Assembly (NCBI RefSeq): GCF_051201565.1 | Contig: NZ_CP179200.1 | Coordinates: 30,001-62,000 of the forward strand | Direction: 5' to 3' | Length of the DNA stretch: 32,000 bases | Source of the DNA: Pseudothioglobus sp. nBUS_23 | GTDB taxonomy: Bacteria; Pseudomonadota; Gammaproteobacteria; PS1; Pseudothioglobaceae | Shown: piece by piece, positions 1 to 8,078 of the stretch | Position numbering within the stretch: the stretch's first letter is position 1 | Layout: each line of letters begins with the position of its first letter | Translations under genes and position numbers: made by a program | Notes under the pieces: model-generated | What the model was told of the DNA's origin: nothing | The model's input: the letters and a program-made list of their open reading frames with translations, nothing else | The model's database searches: none

Positions 1-2
1 AA

Positions 3-707
3 TTTGTCGACATCAAGGATGCCGGCGATCCTGTTGAGGTTGCCAAGCGATATGACAGAGAGGGAGCAGACGAAATTACTTTTCTTGATATCACGGCCTC
101 TCATGAGGGAAGAGATACAACAGTTGCTATGGTTGAAAAAATTGCTGAGCAGGTGTTTATTCCTCTTACGGTCGGAGGAGGCATACGAAAAGCACAGGAT
201 GTGCGTTCAATGCTAAAAGCAGGGGCAGACAAAGTGGCTGTTAATTCAGCAGCTATTTTTAATCCAAGTTTAATTAATGAGCTTTGTAGTATTTTTGGGT
301 CGCAGTGTATCGTCATCGCGATCGATGCTAAAAGAGTTTCAAGCAACCCCTCCCGATGGGAAATCTATACTCATGGAGGGCGAAAGCCAACAGGGATAGA
401 TGCGGTAGATTGGGCAGTTAAAATGACTAATGGAGAGTTTGGTGCTGGAGAAGTCCTGCTTACCTCAATGGACAGAGATGGAACAAAAGTTGGCTTTGAT
501 CTTGAGCTAACAAAGACTATTTCAGATGCTGTAGATGTTCCAGTTATAGCCTCAGGAGGAGTTGGAAGCCTAGAGCACCTTGTAGAGGGCATTATTGATG
601 GAGGCGCTGATGCTGTTCTAGCTGCAAGCATTTTTCATTTTGCTGAATACACAGTAGAAGAGGCCAAAAAAACAATGCAACAGAAAGGCATAGAAGTAAG
701 GCTTTAG
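3..707 (+). CDS. hisF: Imidazole glycerol phosphate synthase cyclase subunit HisF (5' end truncated by the window edge)
   Basis: The frame is open from base 3 ([33 protein letters not shown]...), upstream of the tracked ATG at 129. Motifs match HisF: [26 protein letters not shown], and a C-terminal GIEVRL. The N-terminus lies outside the window. Confidence 0.95.
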   Translation, partial: FVDIKDAGDPVEVAKRYDREGADEITFLDITASHEGRDTTVAMVEKIAEQVFIPLTVGGGIRKAQDVRSMLKAGADKVAVNSAAIFNPSLINELCSIFGSQCIVIAIDAKRVSSNPSRWEIYTHGGRKPTGIDAVDWAVKMTNGEFGAGEVLLTSMDRDGTKVGFDLELTKTISDAVDVPVIASGGVGSLEHLVEGIIDGGADAVLAASIFHFAEYTVEEAKKTMQQKGIEVRL

Positions 708-766
708 AAATTTGAGTTTTCAATTTCTTAAGCGTATCATTACGCACTTTTAATTCTGGGAAACAC

Positions 767-1303
767 ATGACGTTTAAAAAAGAATTTTGGACTCTTTTAT
801 CGATATTTCTGCTGCCAATTATCCTCGGGACTTTGTTTTTTTATTTGAATCCTGGTTACTTCAGTCAAAACACGGTTAATTATGGTCAGCTGATTAGCCC
901 AGTCATAGTGACTGAAGAGTCTGATATCGAGCTAAATGGAGATGCCACATTAGATGGGATCTGGACTTTTGCCTATGTAACTGAGAGCTGTGACTCTCTT
1001 TGCGATAAGGCAGTTGAGGATATTAAAACTATCCGCACACTTATTAACATGGATATGCGTCGAATACAAAGAGCGCTGATAACTAAGGATGGCTCAAGTC
1101 CATCTCAAGAAGATGAAGAGCTTATTTTTGCCAGCATAAATAGCGAAGAGCTATCTTCAAAGCTCGCAAGCTTTCCTAAAAACTCGATTTTTTTAATTGA
1201 TCCAATTGGAAACTTTATGCTCTACTACAATCCAATAGACATTAATGTCAAGTTTGTTCTGAAGGATCTCAAGCGCCTTCTTAAATATTCCAGGATAGGT
1301 TAA
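767..1303 (+). CDS. Membrane-anchored thioredoxin-fold/SCO-like protein with a CxxxC motif, associated with the cytochrome oxidase biogenesis cluster
   Basis: 178 aa with an N-terminal TM helix. It has a C-D-S-L-C motif after a beta-strand-like WTFAYVTES segment and an SIFLIDPIGNFMLYY segment, which parallels the SCO1 layout (WALLYFGYTSCPDVCP ... SSYLLFNPE). Its stop overlaps the ctaB ATG by 1 nt (TAATG at 1301-1305). It occupies the role of the uncharacterised gene found between SURF1 and COX15 in other gammaproteobacterial cox clusters. That comparison is from memory and not verified. Confidence 0.7.
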   Translation: MTFKKEFWTLLSIFLLPIILGTLFFYLNPGYFSQNTVNYGQLISPVIVTEESDIELNGDATLDGIWTFAYVTESCDSLCDKAVEDIKTIRTLINMDMRRIQRALITKDGSSPSQEDEELIFASINSEELSSKLASFPKNSIFLIDPIGNFMLYYNPIDINVKFVLKDLKRLLKYSRIG

Positions 1304-2199
1304 TGAACAGCTATCCATCATTAACAGATCTTTTGGGTCTTTGTAAGCTTAAGGTTGTTTCGCTAATATTATTAACTGCTATAGTTGGAATGCTTTTGGC
1401 GGTGCCTTATTTGCCCAATCTGTTTATTGTTTGCCTAGCGTCTATAGGCATTTCATTAGCAGCAATGTCCGCTGCAGTTTTTAATCACGTTGTTGATGAA
1501 AAAATTGACATTCAAATGTCTAGAACAGATCGTCGTCCACTGCCACAAGGGAAGGTTACAAGGGGACAGGCCCTAGTTTGGGGCGCCTTTTTAGGCATCG
1601 TTGGCATCGCACTTTTGATAGTATTTGTTAATCTTTTGACTGCAATGCTAACCTTAATTTCGTTAATAGGGTATGCGGTTTTTTATACAATGTATTTGAA
1701 GAGGGCAACGCCTCAAAATATCGTTATCGGTGGTGCAGCTGGTGCAGCTCCACCAGTTTTAGGCTGGACAGCTGTTGCTGGATCTAATGGCATTGAGTAT
1801 GCACTCCTGCTTTTTTTGATTGTTTTTATTTGGACGCCACCACATTTTTGGGCTCTGGCGATTCATCGAAGCGAAGAATACAAAAAAGCAGAAATTCCCA
1901 TGCTGCCAGTGACGCATGGTCTAGAATTTACTAGAGTGCAGATCCTTTTGTATACGGTCCTTTTGTTTCTTGTAACTTTGCTGCCCTTTCTAACAGGAAT
2001 GAGTGGCTTGATATATTTAATTTGTGCAGTATCTCTTGGCGCTCTTTTTTTAGGCTACTCAGTTAAGATTTTTCGTGAACCTGAGAATCCTAAGATTGCA
2101 TTTAAGACTTTTAAGTATTCAATTAATTATTTGATGGTTTTATTCGTGGGACTGCTCATAGACCATTACCTGCTAATGAATTTTGGAGTTGCTGCGTAG
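1303..2199 (+). CDS. ctaB: Protoheme IX farnesyltransferase (heme O synthase)
   Basis: 298 aa and polytopic. It carries the UbiA-family motifs NHVVDEKIDIQMSRTDRRPLP and WTPPHFWALA. Confidence 0.95.
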   Translation: MNSYPSLTDLLGLCKLKVVSLILLTAIVGMLLAVPYLPNLFIVCLASIGISLAAMSAAVFNHVVDEKIDIQMSRTDRRPLPQGKVTRGQALVWGAFLGIVGIALLIVFVNLLTAMLTLISLIGYAVFYTMYLKRATPQNIVIGGAAGAAPPVLGWTAVAGSNGIEYALLLFLIVFIWTPPHFWALAIHRSEEYKKAEIPMLPVTHGLEFTRVQILLYTVLLFLVTLLPFLTGMSGLIYLICAVSLGALFLGYSVKIFREPENPKIAFKTFKYSINYLMVLFVGLLIDHYLLMNFGVAA

Positions 2200-2201
2200 T
2201 C

Positions 2202-2393
2202 ATGAAGTCTTTGCTTCAGGTTTTTAGGGCTGTCGCCTCAGCAATGATTGGAGTTGGAAAAAAAAAGAATCTTGCACAAGACTTTGATGCTACAGAAAAA
2301 ACAGGCCCATGGCCATACATCATTGTAGGCCTTATAATGACAGTGCTTTTTATTGGTTCTTTAATTCTTGCTGTAAGGCTAGTGCTTTCCTAA
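2202..2393 (+). CDS. Small membrane protein, DUF2970-like
   Basis: 63 aa, starting 2 nt after the ctaB stop. It has an amphipathic N-terminus (VASAMIGVGKKKNLAQDF) followed by one TM helix, the typical DUF2970 layout. Its 3' end overlaps the convergent SCO1 gene by 15 nt. Confidence 0.6.
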   Translation: MKSLLQVFRAVASAMIGVGKKKNLAQDFDATEKTGPWPYIIVGLIMTVLFIGSLILAVRLVLS

Positions 2394-3335
2394 AGCCTCT
2401 ATGATCTTGTCAAGGGCTTTGGCCATAGGCGCAGGCTCGTGTGGATTTGTCAATAGTGCAACGAGCTCCAGTTCTGGATTAAAGAGCAAATAGCTGCTAG
2501 TGTGATCAACATCATAATGAGCAACTTTTGTAGAACTTGGTTTCTCGTCTGTTACCATTTTGTGCGAATCATGCGAATCATGCGAATCATGCGAATCATG
2601 CGAATCATGCGAATCATGCGAATCATGCGAATCATGCGAATCATGCGAATCATGCGAATCATGCGAATCATGCTCATAATGAACATAACCTAGCTTCATA
2701 AGCTCCAAATGCTTTTCATGAGTTTCAACGTTTTGGATATCCCCCGTTGCATTGTTGATCATTTTGTGAATGTTAAAATCATTATCGTGACTTTCGGCAT
2801 GATTATCGTGAGCATGATTATGATTGCTATGATCCTCTTGAGCTGTCTTTTGAGATTGAACTACTTCGTGATAAACACCAAGAGTTTTGCTAATAGACAT
2901 TAGCTCATCCTGTTTTGCAGTCAAGCCCTTGAATGATTGATTAAAAGCTTTAGCAAAGTTATCAAGGTTTCCAATGTCTCTATCAGGATCAACAGAGACA
3001 AAAACAACTTGAAGTTGGTTGCTATTTTCCATTAACTGAGCGGCTTGATTTATTTTAGAAAGATCAATAGGACAAACATCTGGACACGAAGTGTAGCCAA
3101 AATAGAGAAGCGCCCATTTACCATTTACCACATCTGATAAATGAGTTTTATTTGATGCATCGTCGATAAAGTTGAGTTTATCTGAAACTGATTTTGCTTC
3201 AGGATATAGAGAAGCAGCAGGAGCGACAGATTTTTTGAGTTCGTCCATATTGGGCTTGCCCCCAAGGAAGAAGAAAGCGGCAGCGCTAATAACAGCTACA
3301 AGAATGAGAAGATAAGTTTGAGTAGTTTTTGTCAT
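2379..3335 (-). CDS. senC: SCO1/SenC-family copper chaperone carrying a large His-rich insertion
   Basis: 318 aa with an N-terminal TM anchor. It has the SCO signature FGYTSCPDVCP (CxxxC), VSVDPDRD, and the distal ligand motif YDVDHTSSYLLF. Between GVYHEVV (about residue 153) and YDVDHT (about residue 274) lies a low-complexity His-rich segment of roughly 100 aa that includes (HDS)12. Confidence 0.9.
   Translation of the reverse strand: MTKTTQTYLLILVAVISAAAFFFLGGKPNMDELKKSVAPAASLYPEAKSVSDKLNFIDDASNKTHLSDVVNGKWALLYFGYTSCPDVCPIDLSKINQAAQLMENSNQLQVVFVSVDPDRDIGNLDNFAKAFNQSFKGLTAKQDELMSISKTLGVYHEVVQSQKTAQEDHSNHNHAHDNHAESHDNDFNIHKMINNATGDIQNVETHEKHLELMKLGYVHYEHDSHDSHDSHDSHDSHDSHDSHDSHDSHDSHDSHDSHKMVTDEKPSSTKVAHYDVDHTSSYLLFNPELELVALLTNPHEPAPMAKALDKIIEALGKH
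2564..2672. repeat. Perfect tandem repeat, 12 copies of a 9-bp unit (GCGAATCAT on +; CAT-GAT-TCG = His-Asp-Ser on -)
   Basis: Counted directly from the sequence. Unit starts are at 2564, 2573, ... 2663, with no mismatches. On the minus strand it is in frame with SCO1 codons 222-257. Confidence 0.98.
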
Positions 3336-3358
3336 AACAAGATTAATAAATATGGGAA

Positions 3359-4333
3359 TTAGTTTTTAAGAGCATTTTCTTTTGTAAATATTTTGTGAGC
3401 AAGGTTTACAAGACTTAAGAGCAGTGCAAGTCCAACTACGTTATGCATTGTGGCTGCAAACATTGGAAGAGACATCACCACGTTAATAATCCCCAGCGCA
3501 ACCTGAACTGTTAGAAGTGCAAGAACTATAAGCACACTCTTTCTCAGCGATTTATAATTTTTAAGAGCAAATGAAAAAGCAAGAATAGCTGCGGTTACAA
3601 CTAGAGCGCCTATACGATGTACCACCTGAATCGCAGTTCTTGTTTGATTTTCAAGCACACCAAATTCATAGTCAATTCCAAGAGGCCCCCAATAGTAGGC
3701 GTTTTTAAAGTCCATGTTATCAGGCCACATTTCTCCTAGACAGGTAGGAAAATAGTCTCCACATGATAGGGCGGCATAGTTAGTGCTGGTCCACCCTCCA
3801 AGAAAAATTTGAAAAACTAGAAGGACAGTCACAATGGCAAGCATAATTTTGTGCTTCTTCAAAACAGGCTGGTCTAACTCAAGAGGCTTTCTCTCGTTGA
3901 GCAGCAGCCAAAATAGAAGAGTTGTTGTCGAAAAGCCCCCTAATAAGTGCATTGTAACTATCCCGGGGTGAACGAGCTCTGTAACTGTCCACATTCCCAA
4001 GGCCCCCTGAAAGCCAACCAATAATAATAACGCTGTTGGAAGCTTTACAGAGCGGAGCGTTTCTGGCCTTCTAAAGATCGCCAACAAAAAGATGACAACA
4101 ATAGACAGGCCTAGAATGGAGGCGGCATATCTGTGAATCATCTCTTTCCAGGCTTTACCAATATCAAGAGGCCTATCATATTCTGAAGATATAACATCAG
4201 GCACTAAGAGTTGACCATAGCATCCGGGCCAATCAGGACATCCGAGGCCTGCGTCTGCAAGTCGAGTATAGGCTCCTAGGATGACAACTATTAGGGCCAA
4301 AATAAATGAAAGATTAAGAGCTTTAGAGTACAT
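3359..4333 (-). CDS. ctaA: Heme A synthase (COX15/CtaA)
   Basis: 324 aa with about 8 TM helices. It has the GLGCPDWPGCYG motif and conserved His-containing helices (HRY, MHLLGG, VHRIGA, TMHNVVG). Confidence 0.93.
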   Translation of the reverse strand: MYSKALNLSFILALIVVILGAYTRLADAGLGCPDWPGCYGQLLVPDVISSEYDRPLDIGKAWKEMIHRYAASILGLSIVVIFLLAIFRRPETLRSVKLPTALLLLVGFQGALGMWTVTELVHPGIVTMHLLGGFSTTTLLFWLLLNERKPLELDQPVLKKHKIMLAIVTVLLVFQIFLGGWTSTNYAALSCGDYFPTCLGEMWPDNMDFKNAYYWGPLGIDYEFGVLENQTRTAIQVVHRIGALVVTAAILAFSFALKNYKSLRKSVLIVLALLTVQVALGIINVVMSLPMFAATMHNVVGLALLLSLVNLAHKIFTKENALKN

Positions 4334-4604
4334 GTAAATCCTATTATTTGAGGCATGCTATTTTAAGGAATTAAATAGCTGCTTGAAAAAAAATACAAAA
4401 CTTTAAAAAATGCATGCTTTATTTGGGTCTTAAAACTAATTTTTCAATATCTATTGCTCTTTTTTTTTCTAATTATTTTAATCGTGAAAAAAGTTCAACC
4501 AATATTGAGAATAAATAGCAATAAATACTTGGTAAAACGGGCAGAAACAGGTATCATTTGGTTGCTTTTTTTGATTGCGCTTGTAATTAATATAAAGGCA
4601 CCTA

Positions 4605-4660
4605 TATACATGACAATTATGAACACTTATAATAACCACAATTTTACAGTGGTTATTATA
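4605..4660 (+). promoter_or_regulatory. Candidate coxB promoter (TATACA-17-TATAAT) overlapped by a perfect 12-bp inverted repeat (possible operator)
   Basis: TATACA is at 4605-4610 and TATAAT at 4628-4633. The inverted repeat is TATAATAACCAC (4628-4639) / GTGGTTATTATA (4649-4660) with a 9-nt spacer, ending 32 nt upstream of the coxB ATG. The repeat itself is certain. The promoter and operator roles are inferred. Confidence 0.3.
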
Positions 4661-4692
4661 CAAAAACGATTAAGATTTAATTCGGAGAATCT

Positions 4693-5814
4693 ATGAAATT
4701 ATTGTTGACTTTTACTGGCGCTATTGCAGCATTGATTGGCTCTAAGTCTGCTTTCGCAGAGTACACACTCAATATGACAAAGGGGATTACTGACATCAGT
4801 CAAGATATCTATTGGCTTCATATGATGGCGTTTTGGGTTTGTGTTGCAATCGGTGTTGTGGTTTTCGGCGCAATGTTTTATTCAATCATTGCTCACAGAA
4901 AATCTAAGGGCGTAAAAGCAGCAAATTTTCATGAAAGCACAACAGTAGAATTTATTTGGACTGGAATTCCAATCTTGATCCTTATTGCTATGGCAATACC
5001 TGCCTCAAAAACCTTGGTTGATATTGAGGTTTTAGATAAGGCAGACATGACCCTAAAGGTCACAGGCATTCAATGGAAGTGGCAATACGATTATCCTGAA
5101 GAGGGTATAACCTTCGTTTCAAATCTTTCCCAATCATCAAGAGATGTTATTAGCGCGTCTCCTGAGGAGCGTGCAGCAGTTAATAGCGACGACACATACT
5201 TGCTGTCAGTTGATAACAGGGTAGTGCTTCCAGTCGATACTACAATTAGATTTTTAATCACTTCTAATGACGTAATCCATAATTGGTGGGTGCCAGCTTT
5301 TGGTGTGAAACAAGATGCTAACCCTGGTTTTATTAATGATGCTTGGGCAAGGCCCAATGAAATTGGAACTTACAGAGGGCAGTGCGCTGAGCTTTGTGGA
5401 AAAGACCATGGCTTTATGCCAATAGTGGTCGATGTTGTCTCAAAAGAAGATTACGCAGCCTGGGTTGAGAGCAAACAGGCAGAAAAAGTTGCTGAACTAG
5501 CTAGCGCTACAAAAGAATGGACAGAGGCTGATCTGGTTGCCAGGGGCGAGGAAGTATACAACGCCAACTGTTCTGGCTGTCACCAGAAGGATGGCTCGGG
5601 CATTCCGGGAGTATTCCCAGCAATGATAGGGTCAGAAGTAACAAACGGACCTGCAGATTATCAGATAGGCATGGTTTTAAATGGCTTAAGGGGTATGCCA
5701 GCATTTAAGATGCTTAGTGACACAGATATTGCATCGGTAATTACCTACGAAAGAAGATCCTTTGGCAACAATGGGTCAGTTGTTCAACCATCAGATGTTA
5801 CATCTGCACGTTAA
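4693..5814 (+). CDS. coxB: Cytochrome c oxidase subunit II with a C-terminal fused cytochrome c domain
   Basis: 373 aa with a signal/TM region. It has the CuA site HNWWVPAFGVKQDANPG...CAELCGKDHGFM and a C-terminal heme c motif CSGCH with a downstream GMPAF. A GGAGA Shine-Dalgarno sequence precedes the ATG. Confidence 0.97.
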   Translation: MKLLLTFTGAIAALIGSKSAFAEYTLNMTKGITDISQDIYWLHMMAFWVCVAIGVVVFGAMFYSIIAHRKSKGVKAANFHESTTVEFIWTGIPILILIAMAIPASKTLVDIEVLDKADMTLKVTGIQWKWQYDYPEEGITFVSNLSQSSRDVISASPEERAAVNSDDTYLLSVDNRVVLPVDTTIRFLITSNDVIHNWWVPAFGVKQDANPGFINDAWARPNEIGTYRGQCAELCGKDHGFMPIVVDVVSKEDYAAWVESKQAEKVAELASATKEWTEADLVARGEEVYNANCSGCHQKDGSGIPGVFPAMIGSEVTNGPADYQIGMVLNGLRGMPAFKMLSDTDIASVITYERRSFGNNGSVVQPSDVTSAR

Positions 5815-5829
5815 TTTAAGGAGAAATAC

Positions 5830-7443
5830 ATGAGCTCAACTACAGCGGCAGCAGCACACGACGATCACCATCATGGCCCTGAAAAAGGCCTACTAAGATG
5901 GGTTAAGACAACTAACCATAAGGATATTGGAACGCTCTATCTATGGTTTTCTTTTGCAATGCTTTTGGTTGGAGGTGCGTTTGCTATGGGCATTCGTTCT
6001 GAGCTATTACAGCCTGGACTGCAATTGTTTGAGCCACAGTTCTACAATCAGCTGACAACGATGCATGGCCTTATTATGGTTTTTGGAGCGATTATGCCCG
6101 CCTTTGTGGGCTTGGCTAACTGGCTTATTCCTATGATGGTTGGCGCCCCTGATATGGCACTTCCAAGAATGAATAACTGGAGCTTTTGGATTCTGCCTTT
6201 CGCTGGAACGATTCTGCTTAGCACATTTTTTATGGAAGGCGGCGCACCTGCGTTTGGGTGGACTTTTTATGCTCCGCTTTCAACAACATTTGCACCAGAC
6301 TCAACAGACTTCTTTATTTTTGCAATTCACTTGCTAGGGTTCTCTTCAATCATGGGAGCAATCAATATTATTGCAACAGTTCTTAATATGAAGGCGCCTG
6401 AAATGAGGCTGATGGACATGCCTCTTTTTGTTTGGACTTGGTTAATTACTTCGTTCTTGTTAATTGGAGCAATGCCTGTATTGGCTGGAGCTGTAACCAT
6501 GATGCTAACAGATCGTAACTTTGGAACTGCGTTCTTTGATGCAACTGGCGGTGGAGATCCAGTAATGTTTCAGCATATCTTCTGGTTCTTTGGACACCCA
6601 GAGGTATATATTATGATTTTGCCAGCTTTTGGTATTATCTCTCATATTATTCCTACCTTTGCTAGAAAGCCACTATTTGGCTATTCTTCAATGGTTTATG
6701 CGACGGCATCAATTGCATTCTTATCATATATCGTATGGGCTCACCATATGTTCCTGACAGGAATGCCGGTTGCAGGAGAGCTTTACTTTATGTATGCAAC
6801 AATGCTGATTGCTGTGCCAACTGGGGTGAAAGTATTCAACTGGGTTGCAACGATGTGGAAGGGCTCAATGACATTTGAAACCCCAATGCTCTGGGCGCTT
6901 TCTTTTGTGTTCTTGTTTACCATTGGCGGCTTCTCTGGCTTAATGCTTGGAATAGCTCCTGCAGATATTCAGTATCACGACACTTACTTTGTTGTTGCTC
7001 ACTTCCACTATGTTCTTGTAACTGGTGCGTTATGGGGAATTATTGCAGCAGTTTTCTATTGGCTGCCAAAGTGGACAGGAAAAATGTACAACGAAAGACT
7101 AGCAAAAATCCATTTTTGGATTGCAACGATCTCAGTTAATGTAACGTTTTTCCCGCAACACTTTATAGGGCTGGCGGGTATGCCTCGTCGTATTCCAGAC
7201 TATGCATTGCAATTTGCTGATTTTAACTATATTTCATCAATTGGCTCATTCGCTTTTGGCCTTTCATTTATTTTGTTTACCTATATTCTTGTTGACTGTA
7301 TTCGAAATGGTAAGCCTGCAGAGGCAAGGCCTTGGGGCAGCGCAAAGGGGCTAGAGTGGACTTTGGCGGCGCCGGTCGCTTATCATACGTTTGATGAGCC
7401 ACCGACAAGAGCCGAAATTTTGGCTGAGTCTCAGCACAGCTAA
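5830..7443 (+). CDS. coxA: Cytochrome c oxidase subunit I
   Basis: 537 aa with canonical motifs ([19 protein letters not shown]). A strong AAGGAG Shine-Dalgarno sequence is present. Confidence 0.98.
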   Translation: MSSTTAAAAHDDHHHGPEKGLLRWVKTTNHKDIGTLYLWFSFAMLLVGGAFAMGIRSELLQPGLQLFEPQFYNQLTTMHGLIMVFGAIMPAFVGLANWLIPMMVGAPDMALPRMNNWSFWILPFAGTILLSTFFMEGGAPAFGWTFYAPLSTTFAPDSTDFFIFAIHLLGFSSIMGAINIIATVLNMKAPEMRLMDMPLFVWTWLITSFLLIGAMPVLAGAVTMMLTDRNFGTAFFDATGGGDPVMFQHIFWFFGHPEVYIMILPAFGIISHIIPTFARKPLFGYSSMVYATASIAFLSYIVWAHHMFLTGMPVAGELYFMYATMLIAVPTGVKVFNWVATMWKGSMTFETPMLWALSFVFLFTIGGFSGLMLGIAPADIQYHDTYFVVAHFHYVLVTGALWGIIAAVFYWLPKWTGKMYNERLAKIHFWIATISVNVTFFPQHFIGLAGMPRRIPDYALQFADFNYISSIGSFAFGLSFILFTYILVDCIRNGKPAEARPWGSAKGLEWTLAAPVAYHTFDEPPTRAEILAESQHS

Positions 7444-7541
7444 TGGCAGATAAAGGGAATAGAGGCGTTGGAAGAACAGCGCTTATAGTGGCCATAGTAG
7501 CAATAGGATTATATGCAGCGACCATAGTGCTTAACAGCTGA
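7443..7541 (+). CDS. 32-aa single-TM protein; candidate cytochrome oxidase small assembly protein (not in the supplied ORF track)
   Basis: Hand-translated as [32 protein letters not shown]. Its ATG shares one base with the coxA TAA (TAATG at 7441-7445). Its TGA (7539-7541) lies 1 nt before the ctaG ATG (7543). It has a basic N-terminus followed by one hydrophobic helix. Confidence 0.55.
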   Translation: MADKGNRGVGRTALIVAIVAIGLYAATIVLNS

Positions 7542-7542
7542 T

Positions 7543-8064
7543 ATGGAAAGAAAAAAGATTACGAAAGGCTTTTGGATAAAGCTTGTATCGGTGCCGGTTT
7601 TAATGTTCTTCTTTGCCTATGCAATGGTGCCAATATATGATGTGTTGTGCGACCTAACAGGCTTTAATGGTAAGACGGGTACTGTGGAAACAGAGCAAGA
7701 GTACCTAGTGGATGAAGAGCGTTTGGTGAGCGTGAGTTTTTTTGCGTCAACGAGTCCTGGATTCCCAGTGCAGTTCTCGCCAAAAGAGAACTCAATGGAG
7801 GTTGTGCCTGGGAAGTTTTATAACACCAGTTATATTGCTAAAAATACGACTGATGAGGTAATCTTTGGTCAAGCAATACCGAGTGTAGCGCCAACAGATG
7901 CGGCTCTTCACTTTAAAAAATTAGAGTGCTTCTGTTTTGTGAAGCAAGAGTTTCAGCCTGGAGAGGAAGTAGAAATGTCGCTTCGGTTTGTGGTTGAGCC
8001 TGAAATGGCAGAATGGATTAAAGATGTTAGTTTGTCGTATAATTTTTATAAGTTAGATAGTTAA
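7543..8064 (+). CDS. ctaG: Cytochrome c oxidase assembly protein CtaG/Cox11 (CuB insertion)
   Basis: 173 aa with an N-terminal TM helix and the Cox11 CFCF copper motif (LECFCFVKQ). Confidence 0.95.
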   Translation: MERKKITKGFWIKLVSVPVLMFFFAYAMVPIYDVLCDLTGFNGKTGTVETEQEYLVDEERLVSVSFFASTSPGFPVQFSPKENSMEVVPGKFYNTSYIAKNTTDEVIFGQAIPSVAPTDAALHFKKLECFCFVKQEFQPGEEVEMSLRFVVEPEMAEWIKDVSLSYNFYKLDS

Positions 8065-8078
8065 AAAAGGGAGTAGAA

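Noticed and set aside
2564-2672. Possible CRISPR array or other non-coding repeat array
   Set aside because: The units are 9 bp, directly abutting with no spacers, and in frame within a recognisable gene. No cas genes are present in the window.
2502-2693. Plus-strand ORF encoding (MRI)n
   Set aside because: It is the reverse-complement reading of the 9-bp tandem repeat inside SCO1. It has no independent start context or flanking coding signal. The minus-strand frame is continuous with recognisable SCO1 motifs on both sides.
4351-4416. Two copies of GCATGCT (4351-4357 and 4410-4416), 59 bp apart in the divergent control region
   Set aside because: A 7-bp match in a 359-bp AT-rich spacer is too short to separate from chance. 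No extended dyad or conserved flank is visible.
4454-4696. ORFs of 80 aa (+) and 61 aa (-) in the COX15/coxB intergenic region
   Set aside because: The region is extremely AT-rich and promoter-like. The start is TTG, the products are low-complexity Ile/Leu/Asn/Lys-rich, and the + ORF runs into the coxB start. They are most likely chance ORFs.
7277-7525. Minus-strand 82-aa ORF spanning the coxA 3' end and the coxA-ctaG spacer
   Set aside because: It is antisense to the strongly supported coxA and has no Shine-Dalgarno sequence. The spacer is better explained by the plus-strand 32-aa ORF, which is exactly bounded by the coxA stop and the ctaG start.
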